DNA from: Opitutia bacterium
GTDB taxonomy: Bacteria; Verrucomicrobiota; Verrucomicrobiia; Opitutales; Opitutaceae
Assembly: GCA_947478395.1 (NCBI GenBank)
Contig: CANJVR010000004.1
Span: 64,001-128,000 of the forward strand
DNA length: 64,000 nt
Direction of reading: 5' to 3'
The notes beneath the pieces are model-generated. The model made no database searches. It was given only the letters and a program-made list of their open reading frames with translations, and was not told the origin of the DNA. This document shows, one piece after another, positions 36,998-45,677 of this stretch (its first letter is position 1; each line of letters begins with the position of its first letter). A program made the translations under genes and the position numbers.

Positions 36998-38376
36998 GCG
37001 CGGCCGCTCCGGATCAGCGGCGCATCCTGATCGTCGACGACGACCGCGCGCAGCGCAGCCTGTTGGAGACATTTCTCCATGCGCAGGGTTATCTCACGCA
37101 GTCGGCGGCCTCCGGCGAGGCGGCGCTCCAGCTTCTTTCAGAGGAGAAATTTGCGATGATGATTTCCGACGTCCGCATGCCGGGCATGTCGGGCTTGGAA
37201 ACGCTGCGTCGCGTGCGTCAAACGCTGCCGGATCTCCCCGTGCTGCTGGTCACCGCGTTTGCCGATATTCGCAGCGCGGTGGCGGCGATGCGGGATGGGG
37301 CCGTGAACTACCTCGCGAAGCCGATCGACCTCGACGAATTGATTCTCTCTGTGCGCAAGGCCACGGGCGGCGGGTCTAAACCTACGCCCACCGCCACGAC
37401 CGAGGCGCCGGTCCCTTCCGGGGTCATTACGAACAGTCTCTTGATGAAGGCGGTGTTTCGCGATGCGGCCGTGGTTGCGCCCTCCGAAAGTCGCGTGCTG
37501 CTCACCGGAGAAAGCGGCGTGGGTAAGGAGGTGGTCGCTGATCTCATCCACGCCTGGAGCCCGCGGGCGGGCGGGCCGTTGATTAAAATAAACTGCGCCG
37601 CGATTCCGGAGAACTTGCTGGAAAGCGAGTTGTTCGGATTTGAAAAAGGGTCGTTCACCGGCGCGATGCAGCAACGGATCGGTCGCTTCGAGGAGGCGAA
37701 TCGCGGCACCATTTTCCTCGATGAAATCGGGGAGATGGCGCTCCCGTTGCAGGCGAAACTGTTGCGGGTTTTGCACGATGGCACGTTCCGGCGCATCGGC
37801 TCGGCGCGGGATATTCACACCGACGCTCGGGTCCTGGCGGCGACCAACCGCGACTTGGAGGTCCAGATCGCCGCCGGCCAGTTTCGCGAAGACCTGTTCT
37901 ACCGACTCAACGTCATGGAAATTCATATCCCGCCTCTGCGGGATAGGCCGGAAGATATTTTGCCGCTGGCGACGTATTTCATCCAATTATTCTCACGGCA
38001 AAAACCGCGTTTCTCCGCGACGGTGACGGCCGCCATGATGCGGTACCGCTGGCCCGGCAATGTGCGTGAACTCCGCAACGCCATGGAGCGTGCAGCGCTC
38101 TTGTCCCGGGGCGAAATTGTTCTCCCGGAGCATCTGCCCACCCGCGTTTTGACTGCGCCGGCTGACGTCACAACGGGCGCTGGCGCCGCTGAACCCGCGG
38201 AGCGTCCCCGCCTCGAGGAAGTGGAGCGCGATGCGATCGTTAAAGCGCTCCGGAAAAATAATTATAACCGCACCGAAACCGCCAAGGAACTGGCGATCAG
38301 CCGCCGTGCTCTGATCTATAAGCTCCTGCGTTTGCGCGAGCAGGGTATCCAAGTCGATCTGTCGGAGGCGCCGTGA
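36994..38376 (+). CDS. Sigma54-dependent response regulator (NtrC/ZraR family)
   Basis: Receiver (ILIVDDD, DVRMPG); AAA+ GESGVGKE, ESELFG, GSFTGA, FLDEIGE, WPGNVREL; C-terminal Fis HTH; start at ATG 36994. Confidence 0.95.
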   Translation: MSAAAPDQRRILIVDDDRAQRSLLETFLHAQGYLTQSAASGEAALQLLSEEKFAMMISDVRMPGMSGLETLRRVRQTLPDLPVLLVTAFADIRSAVAAMRDGAVNYLAKPIDLDELILSVRKATGGGSKPTPTATTEAPVPSGVITNSLLMKAVFRDAAVVAPSESRVLLTGESGVGKEVVADLIHAWSPRAGGPLIKINCAAIPENLLESELFGFEKGSFTGAMQQRIGRFEEANRGTIFLDEIGEMALPLQAKLLRVLHDGTFRRIGSARDIHTDARVLAATNRDLEVQIAAGQFREDLFYRLNVMEIHIPPLRDRPEDILPLATYFIQLFSRQKPRFSATVTAAMMRYRWPGNVRELRNAMERAALLSRGEIVLPEHLPTRVLTAPADVTTGAGAAEPAERPRLEEVERDAIVKALRKNNYNRTETAKELAISRRALIYKLLRLREQGIQVDLSEAP

Positions 38377-38443
38377 TTCCTCGCGGAGAATCCGATCGGA
38401 ACTCCCCCGAGCGGATATTCGGCGGAGGGCGGCGCGCCTGCGC

Positions 38444-38689
38444 TCAAGGATCAAGGTAGGCGAATCGTGGCGTGGTGGTGCCATCGGCGAGCGTCACGTT
38501 CGCCGTGAACATCGCGTGCGGCCGCACCCAGAAGCCAAACTCGCCGTACAGGGCTTGGTAGTACACGACGACCTCACGCGTTTCCGTGTGCCGGGCGATG
38601 CCCAGAACGCGGTAGCGCTGGCCCTTGTAGTGCCGGTATTGGCCCGGACGCGGCTCCTGGGGCAGGGGATCGAGGGGCGTGTGACTCAT
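38444..38689 (-). CDS. DUF1653 domain protein
   Basis: PGQYRHYKG..YRVLGIARHTET..VVYYQALYGEFGFWVRP..MF; start at ATG 38689. Confidence 0.88.
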   Translation of the reverse strand: MSHTPLDPLPQEPRPGQYRHYKGQRYRVLGIARHTETREVVVYYQALYGEFGFWVRPHAMFTANVTLADGTTTPRFAYLDP

Positions 38690-39084
38690 AGGACATCCGG
38701 ACCGACGTGGGTGATCTTCATCTTGGGGGGAATGGTAACAGCAAAAATCGCGTTCCGGCACGGGCCGAATAAAGATCGAGCGACGTCTCCGCAGTGACCA
38801 CCTGCAAATAATCGAGGTTCCCCGCTGGAGTGCTCGGTTCAGCGTCCATGCGATGACGCTGCCTATCGCGGACGCGTAGGGACGTTGGGCCTTTCTGTTT
38901 CGCCGGCCCGCTCGCTCGATCAGCGGCAGGACGGCGTCCGCCGGATTGCCCGCATTGCGAATGAAGCGATCGTGTTCGATCCGGCCCGCCAGAGAGAATC
39001 CGGATAAGAGCAGAGTTCGCACGTCAACCGGAAGGGTGGCGCGGCGTGCGGCATGAGCGGGCAGTCAAGCGGCTCGACCTTCGG

Positions 39085-39831
39085 CTAGGATTTTAGCAGT
39101 TGCTGCGTGAGAAACGCGGTCTGCAGCGCGGAAATTTCCTTCAACCCGGATTGAGAGAGCGCGAGCAAGCTGAGCAGTTGCTCATGGGAAAACGTCGTTT
39201 CCTCACCGCTGCCCTGGACTTCGACGAATTGCCCGCGGCCGGTCATGACGATGTTGGCGTCGACCTCGGCGTCCTTGTCTTCGATGTAATTCAAATCGAG
39301 CAGTGCCTGCCCGCCGAAAATGCCGGCGCTGACCGCGGCGACGGAATCGATCAGCGGATTCTCGGTGAGCTTTTTGGCGTCGAGCAGTTTTTGAACGGCG
39401 AGACGGGCCGCGAGGTACGCGCCGGTGATCGCGGCGGTGCGCGTGCCGCCATCGGCTTGGAGCACGTCGCAGTCGAGCCAGAGCGTATTCTGCCCGAGCT
39501 TCTGGAGATCAATCACGGCGCGGAGGGAGCGGCCGATGAGACGTTGGATCTCGACCGTGCGGCCCTCGATTTTACCGCGGGAAATTTCACGAGATTTTCG
39601 CTCCAACGTGGAGTAGGGCAGCATCGAGTACTCGGCCGTGAGCCAGCCACCCGGTATCCGCTGTTGCTTCATCCACGTCGGCACGCCGGGCTCGATGGAG
39701 GCGGCGCAAATGACGCGGGTCAGCCCAAACGAAACCAGGACGGAACCGGTCGCGTACGGCGCAATGCCGGCTTCGAAAGTGATCGGGCGGAGTTGGTCGG
39801 CTTTGCGGCCGTCGAGACGGGTAGAGGACAT
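39085..39831 (-). CDS. rph: Ribonuclease PH
   Basis: GWLTAEYSMLP, EIQRLIGRSLRA and DCDVLQADGGTRTAAITG. Confidence 0.97.
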   Translation of the reverse strand: MSSTRLDGRKADQLRPITFEAGIAPYATGSVLVSFGLTRVICAASIEPGVPTWMKQQRIPGGWLTAEYSMLPYSTLERKSREISRGKIEGRTVEIQRLIGRSLRAVIDLQKLGQNTLWLDCDVLQADGGTRTAAITGAYLAARLAVQKLLDAKKLTENPLIDSVAAVSAGIFGGQALLDLNYIEDKDAEVDANIVMTGRGQFVEVQGSGEETTFSHEQLLSLLALSQSGLKEISALQTAFLTQQLLKS

Positions 39832-39900
39832 GAATTGAATAGCGTTTTGGACGTCACCGTTGGACGCAGCGGGCGCAGGGCAACCCCCCGCCGCCGTCCA

Positions 39901-40905
39901 TCAGATACCGGGAGCGCGTTCTTCGCGCTCGATGGGTTTGATCGTGGTGGTAGGCGAAACAGATTGCTTCGACATGAAAGCGATTAGGCGGTCGTTAAAA
40001 TCTTTCGCCGGATCGTGGCCCATTTTTTTCAACGCTTGCGTCAGCGCGGCCACCTCAACGAGTCGGGCGATGTCGCGGCCGGGGCGGACATACAGTTCGA
40101 TGTGTGGTACGCGCATGCCGAGGATCTCGTAGTAGGCCACTTCCAGACCGGTGCGTTCCTCGACGACGTCGGGCGTCCATTCCCGGAGGGAGACGACCAT
40201 GTCGATGCGCTTCTCCAGTCGGATGGATTTGATGCCGAACATTTCGGCGATATTGATGATGCCGATCCCGCGGCACTCCATATAGCCGCGATTGAGCGGG
40301 CGGCTGGAGGCCATCAATTCCCGTTCGTCGAGGAGCTTGATGATCGTGAGATCGTCGGCGACGAGGGAGTGTCCGCGTTCGATCAATGCGAGGGCGCACT
40401 CGCTTTTGCCGATGCCAGAATCGCCGCGCAGCATCACGCCGACGCCTTTCACGTCGAGCGTGGTGGCGTGTTCCGTCCCGCTCGGGGCGAACTCGTTGTC
40501 CACGCAGAGCGTGGCGAGATTGATGAAGTTCATTGTGATCATCGGCGACCGAAAGATCGGGAAATTCATCTCCTCGGCGACGGCGAGCAGTGGATGCGTG
40601 GGATTGAAATTGCGCGTGAGCACCAGGCAGGGCGCGCCGGTCTTCACCATTTTTTGAAATATCCCGATCTGTTCATGCTGGGCGCGGGTTTTCAGATAAT
40701 TCATCTCGGCGGCGCCGAGCACCTGAATGCGCTTGTTCGCGAAGTATTTGAAAAACCCCGTGAGCGCGAGGGCGGGACGGTTGATGCTGCCTTCCCTGAT
40801 CAGGCGGTGCAGACCGGCTTCGCCGGTGACGAGCTCCATCTTCAATTTCTCGCGGTACGTCTCGTAGAAATGAGCGACCGTGATGCCGTGGATGGCTTTT
40901 TGCAT
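39901..40905 (-). CDS. hprK: HPr(Ser) kinase/phosphorylase
   Basis: INRPALALTGFF, GDSGIGKSECAL, LVADD, MECRGIGII and VRPGRD. Confidence 0.95.
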   Translation of the reverse strand: MQKAIHGITVAHFYETYREKLKMELVTGEAGLHRLIREGSINRPALALTGFFKYFANKRIQVLGAAEMNYLKTRAQHEQIGIFQKMVKTGAPCLVLTRNFNPTHPLLAVAEEMNFPIFRSPMITMNFINLATLCVDNEFAPSGTEHATTLDVKGVGVMLRGDSGIGKSECALALIERGHSLVADDLTIIKLLDERELMASSRPLNRGYMECRGIGIINIAEMFGIKSIRLEKRIDMVVSLREWTPDVVEERTGLEVAYYEILGMRVPHIELYVRPGRDIARLVEVAALTQALKKMGHDPAKDFNDRLIAFMSKQSVSPTTTIKPIEREERAPGI

Positions 40906-40996
40906 GGGATGAGGGGACGGAAAAGGGGCGATTAAAAAGACCGTGAAGGCGTGAAAGTTTCGTCGTTCGAATGCTCGCGACCCGCTGTTTTCCTGC

Positions 40997-41737
40997 TCAG
41001 AGATTGAAATCTTCGCCGAGGTAGAACTTGCGGGCCTGTTCGTTGCGGATCAGTTCGGCGCTCGTGCCCTCGAACAGTACCTTGCCTTTCTCGAGGAGGT
41101 AGGCGCGGTCGACGATGCGGAGGGTTTCACGGACGTTGTGATCGGTGATGATCACGCCGATGCCTCGGGCCTTCAGTTGCAGGATAATTTTCTGCACCTC
41201 CGCGACCGAAATCGGATCGATCGCGGCGAACGGCTCGTCCATGAGCAAAAATTTCGGCCGGGTGACGAGGGCGCGGGCGATCTCGAGCCGCCGGCGTTCG
41301 CCGCCGGAAAGGGTGAAGGCTTTTTGCTTCGCGAGGTGCGAGAGGGAAAGCTCAGCGAGATGGTCGGCCACGCGCGCCGCGCGCTCGCGTCGGGGGACGC
41401 CCGCGACCTCGACGATGGCGAGGATGTTTTCCTCGACCGTGAGCTTGCGGAAAACCGACGCTTCCTGCGGCAGATAACCGATCCCGTGCCGCGCGCGTTC
41501 ATGCATGCGGAGCCGGGTCAGGTCGCGGCCATCGAGCAAAACGCGCCCGGCGGTGGCGGGAACGAGTCCCACCACCAGGTAGAAAGCGGTGGTCTTGCCC
41601 GCGCCGTTGCGGCCGAGGAGACCGACAATCTCGCCGGCTCCGATGCGCAGGCTGACGCCGTCGACCACGGTGCGGGCGCCATAGGTTTTGACTAAACCTT
41701 CGGCGATGATTTCGGAAACTGCGGTGACGGTGGACAA
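40997..41737 (-). CDS. lptB: LPS export ABC transporter ATPase
   Basis: GRNGAGKTT, YLPQEASVFRKL, LSGGERRR, DEPFAAIDP, ITDHNVRETL and YLGEDF. Confidence 0.96.
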   Translation of the reverse strand: MSTVTAVSEIIAEGLVKTYGARTVVDGVSLRIGAGEIVGLLGRNGAGKTTAFYLVVGLVPATAGRVLLDGRDLTRLRMHERARHGIGYLPQEASVFRKLTVEENILAIVEVAGVPRRERAARVADHLAELSLSHLAKQKAFTLSGGERRRLEIARALVTRPKFLLMDEPFAAIDPISVAEVQKIILQLKARGIGVIITDHNVRETLRIVDRAYLLEKGKVLFEGTSAELIRNEQARKFYLGEDFNL

Positions 41738-41757
41738 GGGGAAAACGGAAAACAGAT

Positions 41758-42360
41758 TTACGGGAGCCGCGGCGGCGAGGGTTTTTCCGCGGGCTTATCC
41801 TTGGCGAATCCCATATCCTTGATCGTGGGCAGAACGAAACGGCCCGTCACGCCAACCGCGGCGCCATCCTCCGCCTCGATGAGGGCGCGGCGCTCTCCAC
41901 GGTACAGCACAAGCCGCGGACCGCTCGCGACGTATTGATCGTCGATGCTGCGCACGGTTGGGAAGGGCTCGTCCTTGGATTTCGTGAGGCGGCTCAGGAC
42001 TACGCGGTCCTCGCCTGGAAAAATTTCTGCGTGGCCGCAGGAGGCTTCCCGGTCGCCTTGGACGATCTTGACGTGGCCCGTGGCGACGAGCGATTTGAAA
42101 TAGCCGAATTTGCCGATGGTGGCCTTGGGATCGCCCTTACGCGAGGCGACGACCTGTAAGTAGTCGCAGGTCACTTTGATGTTATTGCCGGTCACCACCA
42201 CTTTGTCGCGAAAGGTTGCGATCGTCTCGGTGTCAGTGCTGACCATTTCGGCGGGCCCGGCGAATTCGATGACGGTCGGGGGCAAAGCTTCTTGCGCTCG
42301 AAGACCGCAAACGGCCGCGGCGCCGAAGATGCAGGTGAACAAAAAAGAACGGAATGTCAT
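41758..42360 (-). CDS. lptA: LptA/OstA-like LPS transport protein
   Basis: Signal peptide; beta-jellyroll pattern ATGHVKIVQGDREA; lies directly upstream of lptB. Confidence 0.75.
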   Translation of the reverse strand: MTFRSFLFTCIFGAAAVCGLRAQEALPPTVIEFAGPAEMVSTDTETIATFRDKVVVTGNNIKVTCDYLQVVASRKGDPKATIGKFGYFKSLVATGHVKIVQGDREASCGHAEIFPGEDRVVLSRLTKSKDEPFPTVRSIDDQYVASGPRLVLYRGERRALIEAEDGAAVGVTGRFVLPTIKDMGFAKDKPAEKPSPPRLP

Positions 42361-42797
42361 TTGAGAAGGTCGGGCATCTGGGCCGCAAAGCTAACGCGAC
42401 CGCCTTGGGCGATGGAAACTTTTTTGGCGGTGTGATCGTAGGTCCATTGCTCGCCGTTCATCTCAAGATCGTCGCGCAGTAGCCGGACGGAACTGCGACC
42501 ACGGGCGATCTGCTCTTTGGGAAAAAAACTCGCGGCCGGACTGAGCAACACGGACTCCACCTTCGCGGCCGCGCCGCCGGTGAAAACCGTGATGTTCATG
42601 TCTACGATATCGATGCGCGTGTCGCTGACGGGTCGCACCTCGGTCCCGCGGAGTGTCATCGAGCGAAATCCTTCGGCCGTGAAGAGCGGCAGCACCCAAT
42701 TTTTGGCCGGAGCATTCGTCGTTGGCTCCTCGGCCCGCCCATGGGCCGCAAGCAGGCCGATAAAAAAGACGATGAAAACGCGGCGGAGCATGGGCAC
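42357..42797 (-). CDS. lptC: LptC-like LPS export protein
   Basis: N-terminal hydrophobic anchor, beta-rich body, kdsC-X-lptA-lptB synteny. Confidence 0.6.
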   Translation of the reverse strand: MPMLRRVFIVFFIGLLAAHGRAEEPTTNAPAKNWVLPLFTAEGFRSMTLRGTEVRPVSDTRIDIVDMNITVFTGGAAAKVESVLLSPAASFFPKEQIARGRSSVRLLRDDLEMNGEQWTYDHTAKKVSIAQGGRVSFAAQMPDLLK

Positions 42798-42808
42798 GGA
42801 GCGGAGGA

Positions 42809-43345
42809 TCAGCGTCCCGGCATTTTACCGCGAGTGGAAAGAAGGTGATCGCAGATCTCGCGCACCGCACCCCATCCGGCTTCGCGTCGCGTGATGTAGT
42901 CGGCTGCGGTCTGCGCTTCAGGCATCGCTCCCGGCACGCTCACGCCGATGCCGGCGGCGAGCAGCGCAGGCACGTCAATGACGTCGTCTCCCATATAGAC
43001 ACACGCATCGAGCCGCAGCCCGAGTTTTGCGGCGATTTCGGTGAGGGCGGTAAGTTTATCGACGCGGCCTTGGATCAAATAAGGGATTTTTAGTTCGCGG
43101 GCCCGTGCCGTGGTCGCGTCGGAGGCGCGGCCGGAAATCCAGGCGATCGGACAGCCGCTTTCGCGCAGGCGAGCCAGACCGAGTCCATCGAGAATGGAGA
43201 AGCGTTTGGCCTCGGTCCCATCAGAGGAGATGAGCACCGTGCCGTCGGTGAGAATGCCGTCGACGTCCATGGCGAAGAGCTGCATCGCAGCCCAGCGCGC
43301 CGCTGGAATTTTCGTTTTTCGATTCTGGGTTTTTGATGTCGGCAT
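42809..43345 (-). CDS. kdsC: KDO-8-phosphate phosphatase (HAD family)
   Basis: MDVDGILTDG, ISGR, YMGDDVID and GWGAVREICD; start uncertain because the 5' end overlaps a repeat arm. Confidence 0.9.
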   Translation of the reverse strand: MPTSKTQNRKTKIPAARWAAMQLFAMDVDGILTDGTVLISSDGTEAKRFSILDGLGLARLRESGCPIAWISGRASDATTARARELKIPYLIQGRVDKLTALTEIAAKLGLRLDACVYMGDDVIDVPALLAAGIGVSVPGAMPEAQTAADYITRREAGWGAVREICDHLLSTRGKMPGR

Positions 43346-43496
43346 CGGAGTTTGATCACACAGATCGCGGAGCACGGGGACAAAGTTCACGGACCAAGCC
43401 AGAACGTGAAACGGTCCATGACTTTGGCGACGCCGAGTGGGGGTGATGATGAGGTGGTCTCAAATCGGAAATCGAGAATCCAGAAACGAAAATTCC
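43305..43496. repeat. Inverted pair of 33-bp heptamer-repeat arms enclosing ~126 bp
   Basis: 43305-43337 GGAATTTTCGTTTTTCGATTCTGGGTTTTTGAT versus reverse complement of 43464-43496 GGAATTTTCGTTTCTGGATTCTCGATTTCCGAT (27/33 by eye). Confidence 0.7.
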
Positions 43497-45557
43497 TCAA
43501 CCCATCCACGCCGTGATTTGCTCGATGACCTTGTCCTTGGTGGGACGGAAGGCCTGTTCGAGTTCGGGGGCAAACGGCACGGGCAGGTCGAGCGACGCGA
43601 TGCGCAGAGGCGCCGATTTCAACACCGCGAAATGGCTCTCGGTGAGGCGGGCCACGAGTTCGGCGCCAAAGCCGTGGGTGCGGCGGCCTTCGTGCAGCAC
43701 GATGAGACGGCCGGTGCGCGCGAGCGATGCTTCGATGGCTTCCAGCTTTAGCGGCGCGAGCGCGCGCAGATCGAAAAGATCGAGCGTTGTCTCGTACTCG
43801 GCGGCGAAATAATCGCACACATCGGTGGCGAGATGGACCATTTCTCCGTACGTCACGAACGTGGCGTAGTCGCCCGGGTGAACATGGCGCGGCTGCCAGA
43901 TCGAACGATAATCTGGGTCCCAGGTAACGGGATGTTTACCCCGGCGATAAAGGCCTTTGTGTTCGAAAAGGAGCACGGGATTGTTGTCTTCGTAGGCGGC
44001 AAGGAGCGCGTTAAACGCGTCCTGCGGCGTGCTGGGGTAAAGCGCTTTGATGCCCGGCATCGCCAGAAGAAAAGACTCGAGTTCCTGCGAGTGAAACGAG
44101 CCAAAGGTCAGGCCGCCGCCAGACGGGAGGCGAAACACCAGCGGGGCGGCCGCGCCTGAGCGGAAATACATCGTGCCGGCGTTGAGCGTGAGCTGGGTGA
44201 TGGCTTCGGTGACGAAGTCGGCAAACTGAAATTCCTCGATCGGGCGGTGGCCGTTGACGGCGAGACCGAGGGCGTAGCCGGTGCAGGCACTTTCGGCGAG
44301 CGGAGTATTGAACACGCGCGGACGACCGAAGTCGGCGAGCAGGCCTTCCGTGACTTTGAACGCGCCGCCGTAGGCGCCGATGTCCTGGCCCATAACGAGC
44401 GATTCGGGCCGCTCGGTGAGAATTTTTCGGAGCGCGTGATTCAGGGCCTGCGCGGACGTGAGATTCTCAATTTTTGATCCCGGTTTTTCGATTTGAGATA
44501 AAACCGATGGAATCCAAGGCAAGGCGGGCGCCGGCGGCGCGAAGAGGTCTGCTGCCATGCCGGCGGGGCTGGGACGTGGCACCGCGAGCGAGGTCTTGAT
44601 GCACGCTTCGATGAAGGCGTTCAGGTCGGCCTCGATTGCTTGGACGCGGGCCGCACCGATTGAAGCCACGAGTTGCGCCCGCGCTTTGGGTGTCACATCC
44701 CGCGCGAAAAATCCATCGGCTTCGCCCGGCGCGAGGTAGTCGCCGGTATCGTAGGCGGCATGACCGCGGAGCCGGAGCGTGTGGGCTTCGACGAGCATGG
44801 GCCGTGACGTGGTGCGGACTTTTTCGATGGCGGCGGCGAGGGTCTTGGTGGTGGCCACGACGTCCACGGTCGTGTCGAGGGCGAAGGCCTCGATGCCGTA
44901 GCCGGCCGCGCGCTTCCAGAGTTCGGTACCGGCGGAGAATTGTTCCGCGACGGGCGTGGAATACGCATAGCGGTTGTTCTCAATCACGAACAAGATCGGG
45001 AGGGAAAGCAGCGCGGCGAGATTCATGGCCTCGTGAATATCGCCCGTGCTCGAGCCGCCGTCGCCGAATAAGGCAAACCCCACGGCGGGCCGGCCGAGCC
45101 GGCGCTGGGAATCCGTCATGCCGAGCACGGGGCTGAGCATGGCGCCGAGGTGGCTGATCATCGGCAGGGATCGGTGCGTGGGATCGCCGTGGTGGATGTT
45201 GCCCTCGCGCGCTTTCGTGGGGCTGTCGGCGTTGGCAAAATACTGGTTGAGGTGCTCACAGAGATGCCCGCTCCAGATTAGGTGCCCGCCGAAACCGCGG
45301 TGGGTAAACGAGACAACGTCAGTGGCTTTATCGGCCAGCAATGCGAGCGGGACGATAAGCCCTTCGTTACCCTGACCGCCCGTAACGGTGCCTTTGATCA
45401 GGCCCTGGCGAAAGAGATCGATAATCCGATTATCGCTGGTGCGCGCCAGATGCATCCAGGCGTAGAGGCGCAGGAGCGTTTCGGCCGGATTCTGGTCGAT
45501 CTCCGTTACGCGCACGTCGTGCGACGCGAGGATTTCAGGAGGGAAAGGAAAGGCCAT
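43497..45557 (-). CDS. Fused 2-oxoacid dehydrogenase E1 alpha/beta subunit
   Basis: TPP motif GDGG..N..ENN and RLRGHAAYD in the alpha half; GQDIGAYGGAFKVT, NTPLAES, EFQFADF, FHSQ and FEHKGLY in the beta half; start at ATG 45557. Confidence 0.92.
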   Translation of the reverse strand: MAFPFPPEILASHDVRVTEIDQNPAETLLRLYAWMHLARTSDNRIIDLFRQGLIKGTVTGGQGNEGLIVPLALLADKATDVVSFTHRGFGGHLIWSGHLCEHLNQYFANADSPTKAREGNIHHGDPTHRSLPMISHLGAMLSPVLGMTDSQRRLGRPAVGFALFGDGGSSTGDIHEAMNLAALLSLPILFVIENNRYAYSTPVAEQFSAGTELWKRAAGYGIEAFALDTTVDVVATTKTLAAAIEKVRTTSRPMLVEAHTLRLRGHAAYDTGDYLAPGEADGFFARDVTPKARAQLVASIGAARVQAIEADLNAFIEACIKTSLAVPRPSPAGMAADLFAPPAPALPWIPSVLSQIEKPGSKIENLTSAQALNHALRKILTERPESLVMGQDIGAYGGAFKVTEGLLADFGRPRVFNTPLAESACTGYALGLAVNGHRPIEEFQFADFVTEAITQLTLNAGTMYFRSGAAAPLVFRLPSGGGLTFGSFHSQELESFLLAMPGIKALYPSTPQDAFNALLAAYEDNNPVLLFEHKGLYRRGKHPVTWDPDYRSIWQPRHVHPGDYATFVTYGEMVHLATDVCDYFAAEYETTLDLFDLRALAPLKLEAIEASLARTGRLIVLHEGRRTHGFGAELVARLTESHFAVLKSAPLRIASLDLPVPFAPELEQAFRPTKDKVIEQITAWMG

Positions 45558-45677
45558 GAACTTTGCGCGACGGTGAAGGGGTGCCACGGCGCGGGCAAGC
45601 GAGAGATTGGGTGCTGCGGTCGGAAAGAAAATTGCGTGACTTGACCCCCCGGAGAGCTGGCCGGAGCGTGGCGGCGC

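Noticed and set aside
38690..39022. N-terminal extension of the DUF1653 ORF, or an ncRNA in the rph-DUF1653 gap
   Set aside because: Homology-like sequence starts at ATG 38689, the extension looks non-coding, and I could not recognise any RNA family by eye.
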